A DNA stretch of 55,491 bases, the filler included, from Dimargaris cristalligena (taxonomy: Eukaryota), in NCBI GenBank assembly GCA_003614675.1. It is 5 parts of 5 records of this genome, joined end to end, with 100 filler letters (N's around TTAATTAATTAA, not from the genome) between each part and the next. Parts side by side here need not be neighbours in the genome. Positions count along the whole stretch, not along the records: positions 33,391 to 44,400 come from ML003133.1; positions 44,501 to 55,491 come from ML003134.1; 3 more parts are not named here. The stretch is one strand, 5' to 3'. Positions 34,729-49,104 of the stretch are shown here, piece after piece. Each line of letters begins with the position of its first letter. Position 1 is the first letter of the stretch. The position numbers and the translations under genes are program-made. A model generated the notes under the pieces. The model had not been told where the DNA came from and searched no databases. It worked only from the letters and a program-made list of their open reading frames with translations.

Positions 34729-36914
34729 AAGCGGCCGATTACGATACAAGGCTGTATAATGGGGCAGAAGTTTCGAGACGAGGGCTGGTAGAAGACAAGG
34801 TAGAGTTGGAGGAGGATAGGGGGAAGTTAATGAACCTGTGGTTAACAAGAGGGAAATTCGGCCGTATTAATAGTGTCGCCGCCATGTTCCACTTCATACA
34901 CCATTGGGCCTATCTGGTTCTCATCTTCACCACCACTATAGCATCTATCGTTTGGGGGGGCATTACACTAGGCTGCCTGAAGTGCTGTAGCCAGCGAGAG
35001 ACCAGCCGAAAGCCTCCCAATGCTTCATCCCAATAGAGACCCGTTGCCTGTCGAACAATGGTGTTCCCTGACCAACTGGATACTCGGGTCCGATTATTCG
35101 GAAATAGGCTTGTCATATGTGCATACCTTAGGGAAAGGGGGGTGCTATTCATAAGGGATAGCATTGGCCTAGGCGGGAAACAGTATAGGCGCTCGTAGGT
35201 TGCACAATGAGTATATGGTGTTTTGGTCTTGATTCTAGAATAGACCGAGGAGTTCGATAGAATATAGGTTGGTGGCCCAGTGGCGGTGGTCCCCGAGTGC
35301 AGTTCGGGACCGGATAGAGGAGGGAACTGCTATTAAGCTGACATGGCCCATAAACCCACCTATTATCCAGTTAACCTACTCAATGACCCGCACCCTTTAA
35401 CTGGGGTTTTAATCCGGATGAACGATCCGGGTGCGACCCAACCACAAGATCGGTTGCTGAGCCCCCTCTTCCCCGGCTTTTCCCTTCCCTTCCCTTCCCT
35501 CCTCCTCCTTCCCTGTTCGTATTTGCCACTGTTTATTCTGTATTGCCGCCAACTACACCATGGGGATGGCCCATCTAACATAAATTATAATCCAGTGGAC
35601 GGGGGGTTTATGGAGTCCCTGTCCTTTTTTATATACCACTGTATTTCCGCTCCTCGAGAAGAATTGGAGCGCCGATTATTCGACCCCACCGAAAAGTTCA
35701 ATAGAGTACACCCCTAAGTGCAGGCCAATATAATTTTGGCATTCCACGACTCCTGAATCCCCCCACCTCCACCTCCTCCCCCTACACCCTCCACTTTATT
35801 ACACACCATCAATTCTTTAGAATTCTCCGCGCCAAAGGAAATACAAAATGGGGGATTGGTTGCTCTATACCCATTGGTTCCTTCGTATTATTATCCACCA
35901 AAGGTACACTCCATGTGTTTATTATATATATATATAAATATAAATATATATTTATACGTTTATAAGAGTAGCTAGTAGTACTCTGATGTCCACCCGCAGG
36001 TATCCACTGTAATGCTATTTCCTTTACTCGTTTACTATTCCACTGCCCGTCACTCACATATACCTTGCCAAGTTCAATCGAACAATCGAGGTCCAGCTAA
36101 GGTGGCATATCAAATCTATAAATTGGCGGAGTCCAGTTCGGCCATAGGCCTGTATATACAAAAAAATAAAAATATAAAATTACACCCTAATGCCCGAATG
36201 TTACTGCTCCTAAATTACCATTACCGGCGTTTTTAAGTACAGACCATCATGTAACCTGGCAATACCTTTTGGGTATCTCTATGCAGGGTGGCCAATAAAA
36301 CATTCCTGGGTGATTGATGGAGTGTCAATGGAGTAGATATTAAAGGGCCAGACGAAGGATACTCTCCCCCCTCTTGCCCACCTATCAAGGTACCTTACTT
36401 TTAACCCAACTAACCAGTGTGCTGACATAAATGGGCGAACATGATGATAAACGGGACAAGTAAAAGGGTAGGACCATTCCCATTGAAAGACACCTATTTT
36501 CCTAACACAATTCACCGTTGGGCTGTGTGAACTGCACAACTGTGCTAAAAAATATTAAATGTACTTATTCAAATATTGTTGTGGCAATTGTGAGTATGGG
36601 TACTGAAATTGGGTTTATTGAAATGGTAAGGTGGAGGAATAAGTACCAAAAATATCCATCAATGACAGAGGCTGATGATGCAGAGACCATGAGGCTTAAA
36701 GGTCGCCCTCTCGATGACCACGGTTCAGCAATTACATAATTGAACAACTGTCTGAAAATAATAATAATAATAGTAATAATAATGGCACCGGAAAATCGAT
36801 CAGCGCAACTGAGTGACAGCAGAGTCGCTAACTACTATTATTACCGCCTCCATCGTAATACAGCCAGGGGGGGGGGTAATTAAACCCGTGCTAAGGGCAA
36901 CTCGGTTTCCATGA

Positions 36915-38890
<1,976 letters not shown>

Positions 38891-40501
38891 CTAAAGCAAT
38901 GGAGAAAGAGGGGTTAATATGAACCAAAACGCAGAAATAAAAGAGCCGGGAATGGGCGAGTAATAGTATATAAGGAAGGAGGGAAGGAAGGAGAGGAGGC
39001 AGGGTGTAGTAAAGAAGGAGAAGGCGGGGCACGGTCAGCCAGTGGGTTATGCAAGTGAAACCGGGCTGCGGGAGGCCGGGCTAGGGGGTGCTTATAAGGC
39101 AAAAGGCCCTCTCTCTATGCGCATTGATTCAAGAATGGGTGAGTTGTTGGCAGTAGGTAGAAAGGGCGCCACAGTGGGCTGGTTGTAGAGAACAGACTGG
39201 CCTAATGGTAATGGTAATGGTCTGTCGTCATCCCCACCGCCACTATCATTAAGGGGAAGCTCTCACCCCAATGGATCATCATCCATCTCCCCACCACCAC
39301 AGAACCAACCAACTACCAAGGTGTTCTTCACCACGTTCACTTTCCGACTTAATAGATGTCCGCTTCCCCAAAACGAACCCCCTCAATTAGAATACAGAGA
39401 GGGAAAGTAGTCGGATAGATAGATGGCTGCGATTAACTGACCCAAGAGGGCTGAGAGTTGGGTAGCACAATCACCCATTTATAGAGACCCCCCCAACCCT
39501 GTCTACTACCGCAATGCCTCGTATCTTCGAAGGACTTTCCGGTGCAACTCAACCGACAGCATCTATAATGTGGTGTGGTGCAAGAGTGGGGGAAATGCTA
39601 AACGCCTTATTTGGCAGCAGTCGGCGAAGAGATGATTACACAATAACCTCTGCTTATGATGTGTGGAGGGCCCCCACCGTATCCCAGAGGCCAACTTGAC
39701 GCAACAAATGGCAAAGACATCTCTCTTTACAGTACCAGACCCTGATCCCGCGAATGGTGGGAAAATAGGGTATGCGGAAGTGTATTAAGACACACCACTT
39801 TCGTGTGAATAACACGGTGGAGTAGATAACCCTTTAGTTAGACCTTCAATAAGGCATTGGAATCTCCGTAGAGTGGCCTAGTTACATAAGATGGGAACTA
39901 TGATGCCTGGGCTGAGAAATAGTTGGGGTTCATGTGCATGGCTCGAGTGATATTACTGGGAACATGTGGGGTTGGGGGGAGGATATAAAACAATATAGCA
40001 CTCTGAACAGAATTATTAATCATAGCGCGGCGTGAGACGAAAATATATCAAGCCAGAATTGGTCCAACCCAATCCATAATATAAATTAATCATGTCCCGC
40101 CCATTGAATAAGCAATGCCTAGGGAATTGGGCCGTGGCAAGAGGTGGGAAAATGACCCTGCACACCCGTTGGGTAAAATGTAAATATTAAACCTATTCTG
40201 GTTAAAGGGGTAAAAACCCCCTCAATATACTAACTAGCCATGGGTATGGTTTTCTACTACTTAAAATCTCATTTCAGGGGCCATCCACTCCGAATTTCTA
40301 GACTGCTCTTTAATTCCACCAATCAAGGGGCATTGGTCCCATCGCCAACCAATTAGGTGATCAGGTTTAACTGAGTGGGACACCCCACTGGGCTAATTGT
40401 ATATTATTAGATGCCGAAATATCTTAAACGCATAGTGTTATAATAATATAATACGCCAGCGGGTTTACAATACCGCTCAGCTGGTAATCTGAGCTGGCAA
40501 A

Positions 40502-43482
40502 CTAATCGGAATATGGGACCATCTCAAAAATATGCCGGGTTTTCTTAAACCGTTTAAAATTAACCACCGGTGGTATGTCATCGGTTGTTGGGCAAGGGGG
40601 TGGAGATGGACTGCCTATAAGCCCAGAGTTGCCATTGGTTACATCCCGTAAGCTAGCATCGTCGGCTCGGTTCGTTGAGAGCCTTTGACTCGTTGGCACC
40701 GTGATGGGAGTGGACAAACATCCCCTCATTTTCACACCTTCTGGGGTACTAGCTAAAATGACCGTCGGTGCCTTAGTGGTCGCAAGGGCCTGCGTCCCTA
40801 ATTGCAACTCCTTTTTATCCACAAATTCATAGCCATCACCATCACTGTCACTCACAACAGGTGGTGGGCTGGGGAGAGAGGGGGTTTCAGTGGCCTGTCT
40901 ACAAGGCGTAGAGGTAGAAGTAGTCGTGGTCATGGTCGGGATAGGTGGATCCCAGACTGCTGCATCTGCGGCAGGCGATTGCGTCGAAGTGCAACAGCTA
41001 CGGATAACGGCTAGAGTGGGTTCCAATGAATCGCCAAGGGCCAGATCATCCACCAGAATAATGGCAGTGGTTATCGACGGCTCAATCACAAAGAGCCAAT
41101 CCATTCTAGAAGTGGGGTAGTGTAAGTAGATCAAGGGATTAGGGCAATCATTAGATCCGGGTAATCACACCGAGTTTGGCGGCTTATGAGGGGGTAAATG
41201 AATTAAGGCATATTGCTGGTGGTAAGGTCCCCAAGTTCGACCAGATCGGTGCAGGGTACATTAAGCTTACCGTAATAAGAGGTCACGTATGGCCCCCCGG
41301 TTAGCATCCGGCTCCCATAGTTGAGCCTCCAGCTGGGTTAGTGTTGCGGAGGGTTCAATCAAGGCCCATGTCCGACCAGGGTACTCCTGATCGTAATCGA
41401 CCATAAGTTCTTTAAGGGTGGCTAAGTTGACCGCAATGGTCGTAGGAGACTCGGCCGTCCCGGGCTGTAATATGGTGGGATATTCGTCGGGCGATAAATT
41501 CACCAACACCCCGTCCCCAGCCTCAATCACTGGCTGGAGGGAATCGTGCTGAGCTGTACATACACACGCAAACCCCCAGTTGGTGAGTAGCGTTTTGCGG
41601 TCGGGGTTAGGTAGCCATAATTCGGAGTTGCTAAAGGTCGCGGTCAAGTTATTGGGATTTACGGAGAGGGGAAGACCAGCGTCTGACGGATTGGCCATTG
41701 TCCCCTTGGTACCGAGCCCCAGAGATAGCCACAGGTCGGCCGGTTGATCGGGAATATAGTCCATACCATCGGATAAATCAAACTCCGAAACAAGCCGCTG
41801 TAATCGGGCTGGGTTATCAATTAGTTCCTTGAACCATGCCCCATTTACCAACTGGCCCCCGTCCATCAACGCTTGGAGTACTTTGGGGCCTAACTTAAGT
41901 TTAGGCATTACTAGGCAATTACATGTAGAGTCCCAGTGGGATTGGACGCGCATATCTAAAGCCATTAAGTAGTCGAAAAGTTCGGTTTTGGCTTGGGCCC
42001 GCATCCCGGAGCATACAATGGTGACTGGGTGCCATTGTATACTAGAGTAGTTCGGTGGGCGTGTGGTTGAGTTCGCAGTATATACATTTATATATAATAT
42101 GCGCCGGATAAGTAATGGCGCCAGGGAAGTAATATAATCATAATCGAGGCGGTGATTGCCCTAGTTATGTAGACAGATACCAGCTACTATGCATGCCAGT
42201 TCAAATACCACTCTCCAAATATTGGCAGTTAAAAAAAGTGCATGGTATTGTCAAAGGTAAACTGATACTCCCCTACCTACCTAAATTTCATTTGTTGTGA
42301 TCCTAGGGTGATGTTATCCCCCGAATGAAGAAGAACCGCCTGCAATGGCCGAATCCGCCCACCGTTTACAAACGTGCCAAACCGAGATCTAGTGTCGGTG
42401 ATGGTTACCGTGGTATGGCTATCGGGCTGTAACTATAGTAGATAATTCAACCATGGTAGCAATAAATAGAGAGTCCCGATATATTGGTCAGATGGTTTTT
42501 TTTAAAAAAAGAGTGCAGTAGATAATTATATAGTAAGCTCATTCCGTTTCCCGGATATTGTAATCCCGAGTGTAGAATTAACGATGGTATATATTGTAAC
42601 AAGGCGATTTAAATACCAGAGTCGTAGGAGGTGATAGTGGTATGAGCGCAACGAGACATAGTTACTAATATAATATATAGCTTACTAGCTCGGATAATGA
42701 ACAGGGGTCGACCGTTATCTGTGCATGACGCTTACTAATGGATTTGTCGTCCGCTAGGGCGTAGTCCACCTCTAATAGACATGGGGGGGGGGGTTCCATG
42801 GATGCATTCCCGTATTTAAATAATTAAATCAAAGGCAAGTTAATATGTGGATAAAAATAATCAACCCGTATCCTTTAGGATTTAGATTTTAGTGAGCATA
42901 TATAAAGGGGGAATGGTCACTACGATAAATCGGGAATGGTGAGTAGATATGTAATATTATTGTATAATAACTTACGGATTTTTCCAAAGGTGTAAGACCG
43001 ATCAGGCCGGAGCCAGTTGCGCTGTTCTAGAAGAGTACACCACAAGTAGCAAAAAAATAAGCCAATAAATGAGGCTAATAAGCAAAAGTGCGTTCAATTG
43101 TAAACTTTAATGATGTAGGACTTCGGCCCGAGAGTAATGTTATACCCCGCCAATGGAACATAAGTGGAAAGTGTTCTTGTATACATCCCAAAGTATAGGC
43201 CATCTCCCCCTCCGGGCCATTTAGAACAAACCACAAACTAAGGCCATGTGTTAAAATCTATCGTTGTTAACAGAACTATAGGCATATCCAATCCGACTGT
43301 GGGCGACGAAAAACAGGTTCTACGTTTAAAAAAGACTGTTAATATCCCCCATTTAAACAGCACCATATTCTTGAGTGCGGAGCAGCTCCGAGTAGCTCTA
43401 CGTAAAAGAGGTGGAGTCGGGGAACGACTAGCTTGAAGTACGCCTTACCTTGATTATTTAACTGGTATATCAGAAGCCACAT
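40502..43482 (-). CDS. NBS1: Nibrin/Nbs1 (MRN complex subunit), 565 aa; exons 43482-43449, 43026-42976, 42771-42686, 42432-42281, 42041-41271, 41105-40502
   Basis: MW start. FHA assembled from small exons (YTFGK, DKSISKRHAQI, DTRSRFGTFVNG, GDNITLG); BRCT (WDSTCNCLVM..KVLQAL...W, PNPDRKTLL); C-terminal Mre11-binding motif NFKRFKK. Exon phases are consistent and total 1698 nt. Confidence 0.9.
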
Positions 43483-44400
43483 GAGTGAGTTTGGGACCTC
43501 GTAGTCCAGCAACCACCTCCGTCGCTAGCTCAGGTGTGATAAGTGTCGGTTCCACGAAATGGTAACCACCTCGAACACAATGGAGTAGCTAAAGTACGGT
43601 ATATAAAAGAAGTGGCCGCAGCTAAGGGGTGTTCGAAATGGGGAAAGGTGTCTGTAGTCTATCTATGAGCCAAGCTATATTCGGGTCATTCAGCGTTGAA
43701 TTATACTTTGCTGAAGGGACTAAGAAATACCGAACTAGAATTAAACGAAGAACTTAGCGCACAGGCAAAAGAGAATTGGATGGGTGCCAATATATTCTGG
43801 AAAATAGTTTCGGTTAAATTCCATTTTGGTGGAATGAGAACGAGCCATGCAGAGTCCACGGGGAGACACCACTGTGGGGTGCTGCGAATCGGGGTGTTCG
43901 ACCCTTCATGGCCTTTCAAGCGGAATAAGCAAAGCCAGCAAAAAGGGAATCTCCCACTACTCTATCTGGTTGAGGCTCCAGACTGCATGCTGTGGAGTGT
44001 GAATATTTAGCGAACCTCCAAAATCAACTTAAAGAGCTAAACATTGACGCTCCGCCAAGTGTGGTTCACCCTGTCCACATTTATTTTTGGGTGGCTTATA
44101 TATTATATATAACCTGCACCAGAAATCAGCCTGTTTTATTCTGATTCAATTCATGACAAGCGATGGATATCCCATTAGTTTATTAATGTCATGTAATGTA
44201 ATTAAATGGGAGCCTACCAAAGGATAATAATTTCGAAGAAATCGACATATGTCTGTATATCAATATATAAATCTGAGTATATCTGTAGAGCAATGCCCGG
44301 CAACAGCTTGTTTAATTTATGGCAAGGGACTTGGGCAGGGAGGCGCAAAGTGGACACTGGGGCTGGCGCGTCTGATCCGGGAATCCCAAGCAATGAGCAT

Positions 44401-44500
44401 NNNNNNNNNNNNNNNNNNNNNNNNNNNNNNNNNNNNNNNNNNNNTTAATTAATTAANNNNNNNNNNNNNNNNNNNNNNNNNNNNNNNNNNNNNNNNNNNN
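44401..44500. other. Artificial contig spacer N44-TTAATTAATTAA-N44
   Basis: Identical to the other spacers. Confidence 0.98.
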
Positions 44501-44879
44501 AACATATATGGGCGAGGTTGATATGCAGGCGGGCATGTTAACCCAGGATATATTATGTATGTGGGCCGATGAACTAAAAAAGGCTGTGGGTTGGAGATAA
44601 ATGTTCGGGAAGGAATGCAGATGTAAAAAAAGTGTCAAGTGATGAAAGGGATTACGTGAAGAAATGGGAATGCATAATAATAACAATAATTTTAAAATGG
44701 CTAAAATGCAGACGTGTATAAAAAAAGAGAAAATCGGATGAAAGCACAAGGGTTGCCAATTTGCCACTTTGGGTACAGGTCACCCCCTTGGGATAATTAA
44801 CTTGGTAAATAAAAATAGAGGGGAGGGGGAAGCTGAAGGCAAGCACATCTAGGCAGAATCCATTTACAAGAGAGGCGCA

Positions 44880-47800
44880 TTAGGCCGACGAAGGGGAAGA
44901 GGACATGGTTGGTGGCCCCGTCGCCCCGGTATTATACTTGGACTTGAAGATCCACGAGTTACCCACAATTCCCACCCCTTGCTTTTCGGCCAACCGGAAA
45001 TACTGGGCGGCGCGGTACTTATCGACGGGGACCCCCCCGGCCGTTGAGGTAGCAGAAGGCGATATCATTTTGGGCGTCTGCATCACCCAAATCGGCGGAC
45101 AGTTCAAAGTAAAAGGCTGCCGTGGACAAATCCGACCGGACCCCCCAGCCATTCTGGAAACAGACCGCCAGTTCGTAGAGAGCAATGGCGAGCTCTTGTT
45201 TGGCAATCAGGGTGCTGGCCGTGTCCCGCACACTCTCCTTGAGCTCCACAATGGCGTGACTGACGGCCTTTTGCAAGCACTTGAAAGCGAATTCTGGGTC
45301 CGCCTTGCAGCCCCACCCATGCCGGAGGGCAATGCCGTAGAAGAAGAGTCCCAGCGAGGAGCCTTGCAGGGCGGCTTGGCGGAACAGGTGGGTGGATTGA
45401 CGCAGATCCCCCTGGTCATGGGCCGCGAGGGCGCTCTGTAGGAAGGCGTCCCCGTCGTCCATGGCAGCATTATCCCCGGAAGTTGTCGGATGTAGCATAT
45501 CGGGACTATGGGGCTGGGGGGCTACACCAACCATTTCGGCGGTATGGGGAGCGACACCGCTATTGGCAACCAGGGGGGACGGAGGTCGGGAGATACGGGG
45601 ACTAGTAACGGGACTCCTCCTTCCCATGGGTAGGGCTGGGGAGGGCAGGTTCAAGGCACCAGAGCGACTACTCGCCGCTAGGAGAGCATCCTGTAGAGCC
45701 TGGGGGTCGGTACCCAGTGTAAGTAAATCAGGGGAGGAAGAAGGGGGAAGGTGGGGTGGTTCGAGGGGAATGGATGTCAGATGCAGCGCGTCAGCAGCAA
45801 CCATGGTTGGAGTAAAGTCCCTGGGGCTAGCCACTGTAGGCAAGTAAGATGAATGGTCGAACTCTTGGGAGAGGCGATATTCCATAGGACTAGAGGAGAG
45901 GGGAGGTACCCGAAGTTTTAGCGATGCCATTCCTTGGTCCATCGAACGCCAACTGGAAGGTGAGGTGGAATGAGAGGGGATGGTAATACCGCCCAGCAAA
46001 GTGGTCGTATTAGAGTCATCATCAGTGCTACTCGGCGGGGGGTTCAGCAGAGGTAGTACCGAAGCCACGGGCGATGCATCGGGAGAGTGGCTTGAGTTCT
46101 CAGACGAGTCTGAAGCCCGTCGAATAGGCACGTTGCGGGATAGGCCAGTATCAATGCGAAGGGGCCCAGGTAGTGGGGAAGATGAAGCCAGGGGGGCGGG
46201 GGGTTTCAAGCGAGTTGGGCCCGGGCCAACGGCCGAGAGGGGGCTAGTCTTGCCACTAGAGCTAGGCCGACGTTCGACCATAAAGGGGGGCATCATCCGG
46301 GACGGGGACGAGCCCGCCGTTGGACTGGTGGGGCTATTTCCACGGCTGGGAAGGGCGCGGATGGACCCGGTCGCATCAGTCGGGGACGTTGAGGGAGCCA
46401 TTCCCTCGAGGGATAAGTCGTTCTGGGCAAAGGGCTTTGGGATAGGAGCCGCCAACAACATAGCGTCGGCTTTAGTATCCACTACGGCAGCGGAGAGGGC
46501 CGACAGAGTGGAAATCCGAGGGGGAAGGGACATGGTACCAACTTTAGAGGTGGGTTCGGTGGGCGACCCTGCCAGCGGTGAGCGTGAAGGCGCGCCCGCG
46601 GAGCTTTGGGGCTCGGATGCGGGTAAGCTAGTACTGATGGGGGAGGGCATCAAAGGCTGCGGCGCTGCACTAGTGTCATCATGAGCATTTGCGAGTGTCG
46701 ATACGGGATTGCTGAGGGAGGGTATGTTTGACCTCTGGCCGATTTCGGAACCAGTGTGGCTGGAGGTAGTGGCACGATCCGATTCCAAAGAGTGTAGGGA
46801 GGATGTACGAATCGGGATCCTAATACGTGGAGGTAGAGTGGATTCGGCGTGTGGGGGTGGTGGGAACGAAGTCACCCAGGCCTCGCTGTTGGCCGACTGA
46901 CTAGCCGAACTATCATTACTGGTTATAATATTGGCTTCATCAAGGCTACACCGAGTAGGCGAGGCTGACGGGGCCACGGAATCGAGTAAAGAGCCTCCAA
47001 AATGGGACCAGGGACGGGGTAGAGGCTGAAAACTGGCTGATCCACCACGCGGAAGGGGTTGACCCGGTATTTTGGCATGTCCGCTGCTATGGCGGGCAGT
47101 TGTGGCGGCGTACGCGGAGCTGGGTCGCTCAGGTAGAGGGAGTGGGGTTGAGCGGCTATCAGTGAATGTTGGTGGCATGGCTCGATCACGGGCCCGGCTA
47201 GCACGAGGCAAGGGCATTGTAGCGGCTGATTCGATTTGGGGGGACATGGGGACGGGTCGGTGGTCAAATGTCCGGCTCACCGGGTCGTCATCGGCAGTAA
47301 AGGTATCGCTGAGGGCCCGGGGAGTTGTTCGCACCACAGAGTGTACGACAAACGACGACGACGCCGGAGATGAAAGGAGGGACGATGACGAAGCGGTCCG
47401 TTTCCCTTCGCGAACGGACTGACTGCCGGAAGCGTGTTGGTGGCTATTATGATCAACCCCACTCGTGGAATGGCGAGCGGCTGTGGCGTAGCCACTTCCA
47501 GCCCACCACCCCGACCAAGAGTTGGCGTCGGTTGGGCTGGAGGGCCGGGCAGATCGCATAAACGCCAATGGTTTTTCTAGTAAGCGGTTAAATTGACTGG
47601 TCATCCGGCGACCCCGACTTTTGCCCGACTCGCCGTATAGACCCGGGAGTTGGGCGTCCGGATAGGGTGGCCCAGTCGAGCGGCCGGTGGTGTGAACGTT
47701 ATTGGTTTCGGGCACCAGAGGGGTCGATACCGAGGCCCCCCGAATAGATGGCAAGGTATGCCTCGAAGGCTGGGTGACCGGGATAGGAACATGTACCTTA

Positions 47801-49104
47801 TCAGATATGAGCACCGATTCGGAGGATGGGGCAGGGTTATCGTCGGCATTGGCCGAATAGCTACAGCGGCCCAAGGGCGATGGCACGGCCAAGCGAGCGG
47901 TACCCCCCGACTCCGACCCCACGCTCTCCAGGGACTGCAGCGACGCACTGCGGGATCGATTGACCAAATCCCGTTCGAACGTGGGGTATCCCTGAAGTAG
48001 CCGAGTATACGAGAGACGACGCCTCTGGTCAGCGGTCATGGAGGCCTCGGCTTCGGGGTCGTACGGTGAAATGGGGGAGTGACAGGCGGATCGGTGGCCA
48101 TCACCGGGTGGGATAATGATGGTGAGGGATCGTCCAACAGCATCACCGGTTCTAGTTTCGGGACCGAGTTCTTCACGGGGAGCGGCCGGGTCGGCGAAGA
48201 GGGCCTCGGCGGATGAGCGGGCGGATTCTAAAGTTGCGGAAGCCGGTGGGAATAGCTGGCCATGGAGCAAGCCCACATCAAGGTCGGATTTATTAAGCTT
48301 AGATTTGTGGTACACGGGGGACAATGGTGTATCCATACGAGGCTGGTTACGCACCGAGGAGAAGCCCCGGCCAGCATGGGGGGGAGCTGAAGAGGGTGGA
48401 GGTAGCGGTTTTTTGGGTGGCGGCTGATCATCGCCTTTTCTATTTCCTTCACCACCCATGGTGGGAGACGTGGGGGAATGGACAATCTTGAGTATCTCAA
48501 CGGTTGGGGAATCGGGTGACTTGGCCAGTGAAGTACGACTTGAATTACTGCTTTGCATAAAATTTTGGACAATCGGGTTAGCCTGGGGCAACCATGACAG
48601 GATTTTGCGGCGTCGCGTTCCGCCGGGCACCGGGCCGCCCTCGGCCAACAAGGTCGGGGGGCTGGGAGGTTTATGGCCGGACAAGGTGGGATTCGTGACT
48701 GACCGGTCTCGGGTCGGGTACGGGGGGGCTACATTCGTGACGGGGTTGTCGGTGACCTTGGTGGCCGAGGGAAGACCACCACCACCCGCCGTTGGGCCAA
48801 TGGAATCCCTCCTGGACACCCCCGGCAGTTTCAGGGAGGGTGACCGCCGCTGGGTATCTATGCGAAGGAATCCGGGGGGTGGTTTAGCAGCTGAACTAGG
48901 GGAAGTGGGAGCTGTACCCTGGGGGTCGGCCGAGTCGCGGGGGGTGGGGGTGGCCCCTACGGCCCCCTCGGGAGACAAGGTGGCGGTCTGGGGAGATAGA
49001 ATGGTCGAAATGGTCGGGACGACGAGGGTAGGGGACTTGGCAACAGGGTCGTCCTTCCGCGCGGGGGCGAAATTCGAAGGCAAGTACCGTTTGAATGCCT
49101 TCAT
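44880..49104 (-). CDS. Dsf2/Nif1-like protein: long disordered S/P-rich N-terminus and C-terminal Sel1-like repeats; one-base frameshift at 45032-45038
   Basis: FFYGIALRHGWGC, ALYELAVCFQNGWGV, SADLGDADAQNDIAFCYLNGRG, and in the shifted frame VPVDKYRAAQYFRLAEKQG...GNSWIFKSKY. ATG at 49104 (ACCATG). Confidence 0.82.

Noticed and set aside
43696..44010. 104-aa ORF divergent from NBS1
   Set aside because: Non-ATG start, no recognisable domain and no consistent splice partners
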